Source of the DNA: a virus | Taxonomy: Duplodnaviria > Caudoviricetes | Length of the DNA stretch: 29,380 nt | Strand: one strand, 5' to 3' | Virus record (IMG/VR): IMGVR_UViG_3300009095_001142 | Coordinates: 1 to 29,380 of that record | Shown here: positions 14,785 through 23,860 of the stretch, one piece after another | Numbering within the stretch: position 1 is the first letter of the stretch | Layout: each line of letters starts with the position of its first letter | The notes under the pieces: model-generated | Databases searched by the model: none | The model's input: the letters and a program-made list of their open reading frames with translations, nothing else | Told to the model about the DNA's origin: nothing | Translations under genes and position numbers: made by a program

Positions 14785-17186
14785 CTCCAAATGAACGACT
14801 GGTCCCACAGTCCGTAGGTCGGCGAGTCCCACACGCCTTGCCCGGGGTTGACGACCATCTCGACGGTGTAGGTGTCGGTCAGCCCATCGCTGTCCATCGT
14901 GCGTTTGATGCCGAGCACCTGAAGCCACATCGACTCGCCGAATCCGTCAGCGTCGTGGACTTCGATCGTGTCGCCGAGCTGAATTCGGGGGTCGCCGGGG
15001 ACGGTCACGGTGTCGAACACCGGGATCGGTCGGGCAATGCGGCCCACGATGGACTGAAGCATGTTCCGGGTCTGAAACTCGTCCTGTAGCCAGGTGTTGT
15101 CGGCGATCTCTAGAACGCGCTCCCCGTACTCGCGAATCGAGTCGTCGGCGCGGACCTCCCATGAGCGCGGCTCGTCGAGCGAGACGATCGTCCCCTTGAT
15201 CCGCAGTCGTTCGATCTGGTTCGGGCCGACAAACCCGGTGGGTACCGAGTTCGGATTCCACATCACGACTTTGGTCATGTCGCGGGAGGTGTTACGCGGG
15301 ACGATGTCCACACGGAACCCGACGTACTTGTCCCCCTGGTAGGACTTGTAGCCTTCGTACGGGTCGTGTTCGGTGAAATCGGCGAACTCCGCCAACAGCG
15401 GCGGCGGGTTCGGCGACACCGACATCATCTCGGGTTTGTTCGCGAACCAGCCTTCCCAAGATCCGGGGTCGATCACCATCACAGACGGAAAGTATTCGCC
15501 GGTTTCCTCACGCAGCCACAGAAGCACGTCGTCGCGGGCGAGGTCGTAGACGATGCCCTCCCCGGCTCGCCCGGTGCGGGTGGTCGCCCGCCACACGTTG
15601 CGGACACTGTCCATGGTGGTTCGCAAACCGAGAGATTCGAGGTCGTCGACGGTGAAGGTGCGCACGACCGTTGACTGTTTGGAGCGTACGTCGTCGTAGT
15701 TGGCGAAGATGAATCGCCCGTACTCGTCGAAATAGACGACACCGTACTCCGCGGAAGCGACCTCTTTCGCCAGCGACCACGCTTCGCGCCCGGAGTCTCG
15801 CAGGGTGTAGGTGATGCGGTTGCGGCCCCAAGACATGTTGGCGTTGGCGTACAGCGTTCGGTCGTAGGTGATGTTGGGGATGTCGTCGGCATAGTAACTA
15901 CGCATGATCTGAAGATCCGAAAGCGCGTACTTGTTGGTGACCGTGACGAGGTTTTGCCAGGGGTGGTCGGCGGACTCGTTGGTCGGCTGGTAGGGGCGGG
16001 CGACGATGGGCGACACCTCGTCGTCGACGCGGGTGCGCATCTTGACGTCCCGCCCGGGATAGAGGTCGAACGCAACCTCAAGGAAGTGCCATCCCGGCTC
16101 GCGCATGAACAGCCAATACCCGTCGGAGAGGACACCTGTGGTTGTGCCCTTCGTGCGAGCGCACACGCCGCCGTTGCTGCCCTCGACGATGAGTTGAATG
16201 GACGTGTTCGTGTCGAACATCTCGACGATCGTTGCGGATTCGTCGACGTTGTTTCCCGGCCAGTAGAGCCAGATCGCAATCGTCGTCGCGCCCCACAGGC
16301 GCCGGTCACTGGGATACAGGGCGGCTGTCTCAGCCCAGAATTTCTTGATAGCCCAGGCGTTTTTCCCTCGTGGCACCGCGTTGAGGGCTAGGTAGTCATG
16401 CGGGCCGACCGTGTACTGTTCGGCGCGTGCCTTGAGCGCCGGATCGCGCTCCCACTCTTCGGTGAGGTGAAATTCCTCGACGTTATCGAGTGAGCCGATC
16501 TCTGGGAGAATGCTCCCGTGGAACGGGACCGAGAGCACGAGTTGCCGCGCCGGGTCGACGTTCTTGTATCGGTCGTACCCGCGTGGTCCGGCGGAGAACC
16601 CCGCCGAGCGAGCGGCGAGATCGATCACGCTTGATGAATCGACCAGAAGCGCCCGCTTGAACCCGTTCACGAGGTAGCGGGTCAACATGCCGTAGGCCGG
16701 GATACGTGTCTTGGTGCGCATCAACTCGACGTTGTCGAGGCATTCGATCCGTACTTCCCCGGTTTCGCGGTTGGCATGCACGTCGCGAACGATCCCGGTG
16801 AATTGAACGTAGGTTTCCCACCCGCGGCGTGTTTCGACATCGATGGAGTATCCACACTGGACTCCGAGTGTGATCCCTTGGGTGTAGAAGATGGAGCGGC
16901 CGTTGTTCGGGGCGAAGTGCGACGCGAGGCTGATTCCCTGGAATTCGCCGGTGATGATCACGTCGAGTTTCGCGGCGGCGTAGCCCTCGACCAACTTGAC
17001 TTCGTCCGGCGCCGTGGCCGTGAGGGTCTGGTCACGAGTGGTCTCGGTGACGTAGCTCGACAGTGCCGACAGAGGGTGGGCGAACCGGCCGTCGTTGTCC
17101 CAGTCCACATAGAACCGGTGGCGGAACCGGCGCTCCGGTGCGGTGATCGCGTCGGATCCGTCCTTGGTGTACTGGTGCACGGTCAC
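14781..17186 (-). CDS. Large minor tail protein (hub/Tal-like)
   Basis: 801 aa after the distal tail gene; YVDWDNDG, YFDEYGRF, DSIREYG, GDPRIQLGDTI, terminal GVWDSPTYGLWD. Confidence 0.82.
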   Translation of the reverse strand: MTVHQYTKDGSDAITAPERRFRHRFYVDWDNDGRFAHPLSALSSYVTETTRDQTLTATAPDEVKLVEGYAAAKLDVIITGEFQGISLASHFAPNNGRSIFYTQGITLGVQCGYSIDVETRRGWETYVQFTGIVRDVHANRETGEVRIECLDNVELMRTKTRIPAYGMLTRYLVNGFKRALLVDSSSVIDLAARSAGFSAGPRGYDRYKNVDPARQLVLSVPFHGSILPEIGSLDNVEEFHLTEEWERDPALKARAEQYTVGPHDYLALNAVPRGKNAWAIKKFWAETAALYPSDRRLWGATTIAIWLYWPGNNVDESATIVEMFDTNTSIQLIVEGSNGGVCARTKGTTTGVLSDGYWLFMREPGWHFLEVAFDLYPGRDVKMRTRVDDEVSPIVARPYQPTNESADHPWQNLVTVTNKYALSDLQIMRSYYADDIPNITYDRTLYANANMSWGRNRITYTLRDSGREAWSLAKEVASAEYGVVYFDEYGRFIFANYDDVRSKQSTVVRTFTVDDLESLGLRTTMDSVRNVWRATTRTGRAGEGIVYDLARDDVLLWLREETGEYFPSVMVIDPGSWEGWFANKPEMMSVSPNPPPLLAEFADFTEHDPYEGYKSYQGDKYVGFRVDIVPRNTSRDMTKVVMWNPNSVPTGFVGPNQIERLRIKGTIVSLDEPRSWEVRADDSIREYGERVLEIADNTWLQDEFQTRNMLQSIVGRIARPIPVFDTVTVPGDPRIQLGDTIEVHDADGFGESMWLQVLGIKRTMDSDGLTDTYTVEMVVNPGQGVWDSPTYGLWDQSFIWR

Positions 17187-18010
17187 GCCTCCAACAGCGT
17201 CACGGCCAGGTCGTTACGCGGGTAGTAGGGGGAGACGCGCTCGACCTGGTCGACGAGCACCAGCGGCGCGGCGCCGCCAAGGTCCCATTCGGTGGCCTGC
17301 GGGCCCGACTCGATTTGCGCGGCGGCGAGCGTGATCGTGCCCCCGTTGGTGTCGTCGATGACCAGAGCCGGGCGAGTGGCTGCCGTGCCGTCCGGGACGG
17401 TCGCGGTTACCGCGTAGCGCGTCCACGCGGTGGTAATCGTGATCTGTTCGGTGGTCGCCGACGTGTGCTCGGGGGCCCCGGACGGGAAGTGGTCGAGGAC
17501 GAGCCGCCCGCCCGTCGACCCGGACTCGGCTTTGAGCCATAGCGAGAACGTCACCGTTTCGGCTGGCAGCACCGGCACCGTCGGCAACCGCACGTAGCCT
17601 CCGGCGGTGTAGCTCGACCATTCGGTCGCGGTGACCGGAACACCGACCTCTGCGGGCCCGGTGCTGGCGCGAATGACACCGCCTACGGAGTGCACGACGC
17701 TGCCCGCCAGTGGCAGCAGTACCGCCGCGTCGCGAGGCAGCCGGTTCGTACCCAGCGGGTCGAGGAGGTAAAAGGGCCCGCCCACGGTCCGGTGGTGCAG
17801 TGCTTCGACGAATCGGGACTCGGCGGGAGTCAGCCACGGGAGGGTGAGTTCCCAGCTCGCCCGGTGCCCGGTCACGTCCATCGTGCGCGCCCCACTGAGC
17901 GCCTGGTGTACGCCGCCGAAGCGCTGGACGGTCCGCTCGACACCCTCCTCCGGGCACACCAGCGGCCGGAGGTCGCCGAGCGGTCCGAGGTACCACGTTG
18001 CGGGTTGCAC
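17183..18010 (-). CDS. Distal tail (Dit-like) protein with probable carbohydrate-binding insertion
   Basis: Follows the tape measure gene; central TFSLWLK...ITTAWTRYAVTATVP...AAQIESG. Confidence 0.75.
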   Translation of the reverse strand: MQPATWYLGPLGDLRPLVCPEEGVERTVQRFGGVHQALSGARTMDVTGHRASWELTLPWLTPAESRFVEALHHRTVGGPFYLLDPLGTNRLPRDAAVLLPLAGSVVHSVGGVIRASTGPAEVGVPVTATEWSSYTAGGYVRLPTVPVLPAETVTFSLWLKAESGSTGGRLVLDHFPSGAPEHTSATTEQITITTAWTRYAVTATVPDGTAATRPALVIDDTNGGTITLAAAQIESGPQATEWDLGGAAPLVLVDQVERVSPYYPRNDLAVTLLEA

Positions 18011-18016
18011 CGGGGG

Positions 18017-20527
18017 CTACCTCCTGGCGTTCGACGCGTTCGCCTGGTTGACCAGCCGGGCGACGCCGTCGCCCTCGACGCGCATCCGTGCCCCGTGCAG
18101 AGCGGCGAGCACGCCCGCCGTTACGGCCGCCTGAACGCCCCGTGGAGCGCCGAACGCGGGTGAAGCGGGTACCGGCGAGGCGACCGGGGTCGCGGCGACC
18201 GCACGGGCCATCTCAGCGGCCGACGCGATCGCGTCTGGCGTGGCGCGCTCGATCCCGTCGGCGAACCCTTCGCCGGTCCAGCGGCCGAGCTGGCGGAACA
18301 CCTTCGACGGCGAGCCGATCCCGAGCCATCGCTTCACGCCCGCGACCGCCTGTTGCGCCATGTCGCGGACGGTGCCGAGCAGGTTTCCGATCATGGACTT
18401 GACCCCCTCGATCATTCCGCGGACCAAGTCGGCTCCAGCACTCCACAGCAGGCGCCCGAAGTCGCCGATCGCGCCGAGGATGCGCCCGCCGAGCCCGGCG
18501 GCGAGCCCGATCAGGTTGCCGAAGCCGTCGCGCACGATCGAGACCACGAGTGAGACGGCGCCGGACACAATCGACTTGATCACGTCCCAAACGCCCGAAA
18601 TGACCTGTTGGAAGCCGCGCCACACCTGCGACGCGTCGCCTCGCAGGAATCCGGCCAGGATGTCGAGCACGCCACGGATCACCGAAACCGCGGACGACAC
18701 GATCGACGCCGCAACATTGAAAACCGTCGTGACCACCGGGAGAAGTCCGTCGATCGCTGGACGAAGCACACCGACCAACGTGGACGCCAGGTCGAGAACC
18801 GGTGGCAGCACAGGAAGAACGGCGTTCGCGATGGAGAGGATGCCGGAAATCAGTGGCGGCAGGATCGGCAGCATCCCGCCGATCGCCTGAACCAGGTACC
18901 CGCCGAGCCCCTGTGCGATCTGGGCCAGGACGGGCGTCGCGGTGGCCAGCGCCGAGCCGATGATTCCGGCGAGCTCGCCGATCGTAGAGGTCAGCATCGG
19001 CAGCAGCGGAGTCACCGCGTTCAGCGCGGCCAGGAGCACACTGCCCAAAGTGGACGCTAGCTGGCCCAGCAGTGGGGCGACCGAAGCCAGGGCTTGCCCC
19101 AGGGCGGGGCCGAGTTGCTGTGCGATCGGCACGAGCCCGGCCGCGAAGGCGTTCGCCGCAGGGACGACCGCCTCAAGAGCTGGTGCGAGCCCGGAGGTGA
19201 TCCCGCTCGCCAGCGTCCCGGCGACCGTGAGCACGGAGCCGAGGGCGGGTGCGATCATCTGGACGGCCGAGACGAACTGACCGGCCAGCGCCGCGCCCGC
19301 CGCGAAGAACGAGCGCATCGCCTCTTGGGCCTGTGCCGTGCCGGTGATCTCGCGGAGCGCGCCGGTAATGTCGGTGAGCGCGGCGAGCAGTCCGCCGCCG
19401 ACGTCGGAGGCGGCGCCGAAGATGTTGCTCAGCGTGGCGCCGACGTTGAGTGCGACCGTGCCGAGATCGCCGAGCACGGACAGGGCTTGCGAGATGATGT
19501 CGCGCAACCGGCCGGACGCGGCGGCGGCTGTAGCCCAGTCGGCGAAGCGGGTCGCCACGTCGGTCACGCCCGCCGCCAGTCCCGGAAGGAACTGCGAGCC
19601 GACGGCGCCGATCTGTGCGAAAGCCCGTACGACCGCGCCCCCGGCGGGGATGAGTTCGCGGAACGCGGCGGCGAAGTTGTCCAGCGCTGTTCGGTACGCG
19701 GCGATCGTGTCCGGCCGCATGAGGGCTTGCCCGGCCTTCTGCGCGGCGGCGCCCATCGCGGCGGCGACCTGGCGCAACCCGTCTCGCAGGATGGGCAGAT
19801 ACGTCCCGCCGACCTCACGGACCGTGGTGCCGAGCCCTTCGAAGAACTGTTGCTGAACGTCGAGCTTCAGCGCGTCGAAGGCCGGTTTCAAGTCGCGTAC
19901 CGCGATCGCGGTTTCCTGCGCGGCGGGCGCAAGGTCCTTGATGGCTTCGGCGAACTTCGCGGGATCGCCGAGGTTTTTCATGGCTTCGCCAAAACCAGCG
20001 AACGCGAGCGTGAGCGTGCCGACGCCGACGGCCGCCGCACCCACCGCGGCCGGAAGCAGGAAAACGGCGCCGGACGCCTGCATCGCGATCGAGCCGAGCC
20101 CAGCGATTCCGGCGATCGCCGGACCAAGTCCGGCGCTGGCGATCGATCCCGCGCCGCCGAGCCGAGTCAGGCCGGACGTCAGGCGCCCGATACTGCGCAC
20201 GGCGCCGCTGATCTTCCTGCGGTCGCCGTCGACGTTCAGCGTCACGTCGTGACCGCTGGCGCGCTTGGCGATCGCGGCGACTTCGGCGTTCACGCGGTCG
20301 CCGTCGACGAGCGCGTCCAGGGTGACGCGGGCGGAACGCTCGGCCATGTCGGCGAGCCGCTGAACGTCGCGGATGAACCCGGTGGAGTCCACCACGGTCG
20401 GGATCTCCACACGTAGCGAGCGCTCCATGCGGTGTAGATACTTCTCTAGCGAGCGGCCGAACGCGCTCGTGTCCGGCAGGACGCGGACCGACACACGAGC
20501 GATCTCGCGCCCTCCCGGACCCGCCAT
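18017..20527 (-). CDS. Tail tape measure protein
   Basis: 836 aa Ala/Gly/Leu-rich helical repeats; RVSVRVLPDT start, LGIGSPSKVF near the C-terminus; after the tail chaperones. Confidence 0.94.
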   Translation of the reverse strand: MAGPGGREIARVSVRVLPDTSAFGRSLEKYLHRMERSLRVEIPTVVDSTGFIRDVQRLADMAERSARVTLDALVDGDRVNAEVAAIAKRASGHDVTLNVDGDRRKISGAVRSIGRLTSGLTRLGGAGSIASAGLGPAIAGIAGLGSIAMQASGAVFLLPAAVGAAAVGVGTLTLAFAGFGEAMKNLGDPAKFAEAIKDLAPAAQETAIAVRDLKPAFDALKLDVQQQFFEGLGTTVREVGGTYLPILRDGLRQVAAAMGAAAQKAGQALMRPDTIAAYRTALDNFAAAFRELIPAGGAVVRAFAQIGAVGSQFLPGLAAGVTDVATRFADWATAAAASGRLRDIISQALSVLGDLGTVALNVGATLSNIFGAASDVGGGLLAALTDITGALREITGTAQAQEAMRSFFAAGAALAGQFVSAVQMIAPALGSVLTVAGTLASGITSGLAPALEAVVPAANAFAAGLVPIAQQLGPALGQALASVAPLLGQLASTLGSVLLAALNAVTPLLPMLTSTIGELAGIIGSALATATPVLAQIAQGLGGYLVQAIGGMLPILPPLISGILSIANAVLPVLPPVLDLASTLVGVLRPAIDGLLPVVTTVFNVAASIVSSAVSVIRGVLDILAGFLRGDASQVWRGFQQVISGVWDVIKSIVSGAVSLVVSIVRDGFGNLIGLAAGLGGRILGAIGDFGRLLWSAGADLVRGMIEGVKSMIGNLLGTVRDMAQQAVAGVKRWLGIGSPSKVFRQLGRWTGEGFADGIERATPDAIASAAEMARAVAATPVASPVPASPAFGAPRGVQAAVTAGVLAALHGARMRVEGDGVARLVNQANASNARR

Positions 20528-20534
20528 GCCAGAT

Positions 20535-20897
20535 TCACCCCTTGCCGTTGAGTTCGGCGACGGTCACGACGCGGCGGCGCCTGCTGGACGGTCGTTTGAG
20601 CGGCTTCGGCTTCGGGCCTTTGCCTCCGGCGCGCTGGTAGTTCCCGGTCGCGAGAAGTTCCACAGTGGTCACAGCGGCGTGCCGGTCGACGTTCCAGCCG
20701 CGATGCTGCGGTCCGCCTTGCTTGCTGGCGAAGTACGCCGACGAGTCGGGAAGCCACTCGACCAACCACAGGACGTAGCGCGGCGAGATCGTGGGCTCGT
20801 CGGCGAACAGCTCGCGGAGGTCGACGCCGAGCGATGCCATGTCGTACAGCAGTGCCGCGCCGTGCTCGTCGATCAGTTGGCCGAGTGCGAGGCTTCC
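20535..20897 (-). CDS. Tail assembly chaperone, -1 frameshift extension (gpT-like part)
   Basis: Frame entered by -1 slip at GGGGGAA: SLALGQLIDEHGAALLYDMASLGVDLRELF...WLPDSSAY...PKPLKRP. Confidence 0.82.
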   Translation of the reverse strand, partial: GSLALGQLIDEHGAALLYDMASLGVDLRELFADEPTISPRYVLWLVEWLPDSSAYFASKQGGPQHRGWNVDRHAAVTTVELLATGNYQRAGGKGPKPKPLKRPSSRRRRVVTVAELNGKG

Positions 20898-21259
20898 CCC
20901 GGCTGCGTGCGCTCCGAGTACTGCTCGAAAAGCGTTTGCAGGACGGACAAATCCTCGCCGATCGCGTCGATGAGAACTTCCGCCCGCTCGCGGTCGTCGG
21001 CCACGGTGCGGATCATGTCGCGGAGCAGTCCGAGAAGGTCCTCGTCGGCGTACTCCGGGTCGTCCTGCATCGCGCCTAACTGCGACTGCATCCGGCGCAG
21101 CTTCGTGCGGTTCTCGCTGGACAGCCGCAGAGGTGCGCGAAGTACGACGGTGGTGTGATCGTCCAGCCGGATCGGGTAGTCGGCATACCGTCGGCTCGCC
21201 TCCTGGCGGAGACCGTCGAGCGTCGCGCCGTTGCCGCCCATACCTTGGACCACGTCCAT
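20873..21259 (-). CDS. Tail assembly chaperone (gpG-like)
   Basis: GGAGG RBS, ATG 21259; VVLRAPLRLS; ends TQPGEASHSAN. Confidence 0.87.
   Translation of the reverse strand: MDVVQGMGGNGATLDGLRQEASRRYADYPIRLDDHTTVVLRAPLRLSSENRTKLRRMQSQLGAMQDDPEYADEDLLGLLRDMIRTVADDRERAEVLIDAIGEDLSVLQTLFEQYSERTQPGEASHSAN
20894..20900 (-). other. Programmed -1 frameshift slippery site G GGG GAA
   Basis: CCG GGG GAA seven codons before the chaperone stop; the -1 frame is open to 20535. Confidence 0.85.
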
Positions 21260-21293
21260 CGCGCAGACCTCCCACAGCGCGGACCGAAACGAG

Positions 21294-21336
21294 GGTCGCC
21301 GGTGGACGGGTCCGCGCAAGTCGCCCACCGGCGACC
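21294..21336 (-). terminator. Hairpin after the major tail gene
   Basis: GGTCGCCGGTGG-N19-CCACCGGCGACC, perfect 12-bp stem. Confidence 0.65.
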
Positions 21337-21340
21337 GTCA

Positions 21341-21892
21341 TCACGCCGGAGTCGGCAGGCCGGGGCCGTCCACGGTGAACAGGTAGTCGAGCGAAGAGTC
21401 CCCGAGGATGGTCGCGGCAACCGGCATCCCGGACAGGGCCTCGACGTCGTGCTCCTCGTCGTCAGAGCCCAGGATCGACGCCTTCGGGAAATGGCGATCC
21501 CACCTGTTCGCGCCGTCGATGATCACGACGTAGAGCGCGTGCTCCTGCGGCGTGGGTGTCTTCGGGACCTCGAATCGGCCGGACACCGGGTCGACGGCGC
21601 CGCCGCCGTAGTACAGGCGGTGAGCGAGCTCGTCGTACTGGAGCAGGCGGAACGCGATCTGGTACGTGGTCGGCTCGATCCGCTCGCGAAGCGCTTCGTT
21701 CTGCCAGCTTCCCAGCGTTTCACGGTCGCCGCCTTCACGGCTGATCGTCAGCGGCTCGTCGCGGGACGTGTGGCCGACGTTGACCCACGGCGCCGGGGGC
21801 TCGCCGGTGCCGGTGGGAACGGCGGTTCCGGTGGGTGCGATGTAGAAGTACCCCTTGCCGGGCACCATCACCGCGTTGTCGTCGAGTGCCAT
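21341..21892 (-). CDS. Major tail tube protein
   Basis: PGKGYFYIAPTG, WVNVGHTS, LGSWQ, LLQYD...YYG; lies before the chaperones. Confidence 0.9.
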   Translation of the reverse strand: MALDDNAVMVPGKGYFYIAPTGTAVPTGTGEPPAPWVNVGHTSRDEPLTISREGGDRETLGSWQNEALRERIEPTTYQIAFRLLQYDELAHRLYYGGGAVDPVSGRFEVPKTPTPQEHALYVVIIDGANRWDRHFPKASILGSDDEEHDVEALSGMPVAATILGDSSLDYLFTVDGPGLPTPA

Positions 21893-21946
21893 CGGTGACC
21901 CTCCCTTATGGATGTCTGGTCGCCCGCGGACTACGGCGCGGGGAGA

Positions 21947-22357
21947 TCAGTCGGTGCGCAGCGGCGGCCGAGTCGCGAGCGCGTAGCTCGCCTGGTAGCG
22001 GTGCAGCGTGTCGGTGTGCTCGCCGGTCGTGAGCTCGGTCGGTCCGGACTCCTCGCGGAAGTAGGCGAGGTGTCCGAAGTCGGTCACCGTCTGGCGCTCC
22101 CACGCCTCGACCAGAGCGGCGCGGACGTCTTCGGCGAGATCGGCCGCGCCGAGTTTCGTCGCGTGCCAGGCGTCGACGCTCACGACCGGTTGGTCTAGGA
22201 ACCGGGCATCGATCGCCGCACCCGCCACGCGGCGAATGACCACGTACGGGACGCGGTCGGCGATGTCGTCGGGAATCAACGTTCCGAGCGACACAGTCGG
22301 CAAGCGCGGCCGGAGCAGCGCCAATACGAGCCGTTCGGCGTCCGGGAGCAGACGCAC
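21947..22357 (-). CDS. Tail terminator-like protein
   Basis: LPDAE...PYVVIRRVAG...VSVDAW...RYQASY; position before the tail tube gene. Confidence 0.8.
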   Translation of the reverse strand: MRLLPDAERLVLALLRPRLPTVSLGTLIPDDIADRVPYVVIRRVAGAAIDARFLDQPVVSVDAWHATKLGAADLAEDVRAALVEAWERQTVTDFGHLAYFREESGPTELTTGEHTDTLHRYQASYALATRPPLRTD

Positions 22358-22367
22358 GGGCGCCCCC

Positions 22368-22646
22368 TTATTGAGCGGCGTTGGTGAGGATGTAGAGGCC
22401 CTGCACGACCGTCCCGTCCCGCTTCACGCCGCCGAACTCGATCGCGGCGGCGGCCGGGTCGATCAGGTGGACGAGGTAGTCGGGTGTGCGGCTCTCTACG
22501 CGGATCTGCGCCGCGCCGGTATCCCGGTGCCGGGTGAGGCGTGCGCGGGCGCGAGCGGCGATCTCACGGCCGTGTGCGGCCACCTCAGCGCGCACCCCCG
22601 GAAGGCGGGACACGATGCGCGGCGCGTACGGGTTCACCCAGGCCAC
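22368..22646 (-). CDS. Neck/tail completion protein (DUF5403 / HK97 gp10-like)
   Basis: AAAAIEFG...GLYILTNAA motif; synteny. Confidence 0.75.
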   Translation of the reverse strand: MAWVNPYAPRIVSRLPGVRAEVAAHGREIAARARARLTRHRDTGAAQIRVESRTPDYLVHLIDPAAAAIEFGGVKRDGTVVQGLYILTNAAQ

Positions 22647-22648
22647 GG

Positions 22649-22984
22649 CTACGCACCCACCCGGCGGACGTAGAGCACGCGGTGATGCGGTCCGGCCGGA
22701 GAGTCGTGTCGGCGCGGGTCGCCTTCGAGCTCATACTCCCGGCCTTCCCACACCAGATGTGACCATGCGTCGAGCCCGGTCACGTCCGGCCGGACGAACA
22801 CCTTCAGCCGCGTCTCGCGTACCTGCCCGTCGGCGAGGGCTTCGGACGTGTCGAGCGGCTGGACGTAGGCAGGCACCTCCGCGCCGCGTGCGTCAGGGAC
22901 GCGGACCGGGTTGCCGTAGTCGTCGACCGCCTCGACGGAGGCGACCGGGCGCACTCGGTGCGGAAGCAGGTGATCACCGATCAC
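22649..22984 (-). CDS. Head-to-tail stopper/closure protein
   Basis: DDYGN...YVQP...WEGREYELEGDP...HH. Confidence 0.8.
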   Translation of the reverse strand: MIGDHLLPHRVRPVASVEAVDDYGNPVRVPDARGAEVPAYVQPLDTSEALADGQVRETRLKVFVRPDVTGLDAWSHLVWEGREYELEGDPRRHDSPAGPHHRVLYVRRVGA

Positions 22985-23118
22985 GACGCGTCTCCCGTGC
23001 TGAGTGGACGAACACTTCCTGATCGCTTACAGCGATCTTCAACGCGGCGTTGTGGCTGGTCAGCGCATGCCGGCTGTGAGCCCGCGGGCAGCTGGCGGAT
23101 TCCGCAGTGGATGGAGAT

Positions 23119-23664
23119 TTACGGCAGCGAAAGCCACGCGACACCGACGTCCGGTGTGCGGTAGCGATCCAGCGTGGCGCGGTCCGTGCGGTCGACGATC
23201 ACGCGCCGAGCGAGCGCGGACTCCGGGAGCCCGTAGGAGTACTCCCCGATCGACTCCCGCGAGTACAGCGGCGCGGCCGGGGACGTTGCGAGCCCGCGAA
23301 GGACCATCGCGGCGACCACGGACACGATGTCGTCGGGCACCTGGTCGTAGCCGTGCTGGTAGGTGACGGTCACCTCGCACCCGGAGAGGCCACGCAGCGT
23401 GGCGCCGACGAGGTCCGGTTCGTCGACCGGCTCGCCGTCAATCGCGGCGACGGCGTTCACGGGACGCTGAGGCAGCGTCACCCGGCCGCCGACCACGGGC
23501 AGCGTCACCGTCGACGTACCGACGGTGATGAGCTGGCCCGTGTAGGCGCGCACCTCCGCCGACGCGTCGGCGATCAGGGCGTCCACACGCGCCGTCTCGG
23601 CGGCGGTGAGCGGGCGTCCGAGACGCGCTTCGATGTCCTGGGAGGAGATCAGCGGAACGGCCAC
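23119..23664 (-). CDS. Head-to-tail adaptor/connector
   Basis: DIEARLGRPL...LIADASAEVRAY...VTYQHGY...ESIGEYSY. Confidence 0.85.
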   Translation of the reverse strand: MAVPLISSQDIEARLGRPLTAAETARVDALIADASAEVRAYTGQLITVGTSTVTLPVVGGRVTLPQRPVNAVAAIDGEPVDEPDLVGATLRGLSGCEVTVTYQHGYDQVPDDIVSVVAAMVLRGLATSPAAPLYSRESIGEYSYGLPESALARRVIVDRTDRATLDRYRTPDVGVAWLSLP

Positions 23665-23679
23665 GGACGCCCCCTCTCC

Positions 23680-23847
23680 TTACCGCGACGCCCGGCGGCG
23701 CCGGGTCTTCGTCTCGCCGTCGCCAGCATCCGGAGCCGAGCGCGCCGACTTCTCCTCGGCGTCTTCCCACCCGGCGGCGAGGTAGCGTTTCCCGGTCTCC
23801 TCGCCGACGCTGACCACGGTCCCGGTCTGCGGGTTACGTACTCGCAT
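23680..23847 (-). CDS. 55-aa protein between capsid and adaptor genes
   Basis: Not in the ORF track: MRVRNPQTGTVVSVGEETGKRYLAAGWEDAEEKSARSAPDAGDGETKTRRRRASR; fills the gap. Confidence 0.78.
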   Translation of the reverse strand: MRVRNPQTGTVVSVGEETGKRYLAAGWEDAEEKSARSAPDAGDGETKTRRRRASR

Positions 23848-23860
23848 CACCGATCACGCC

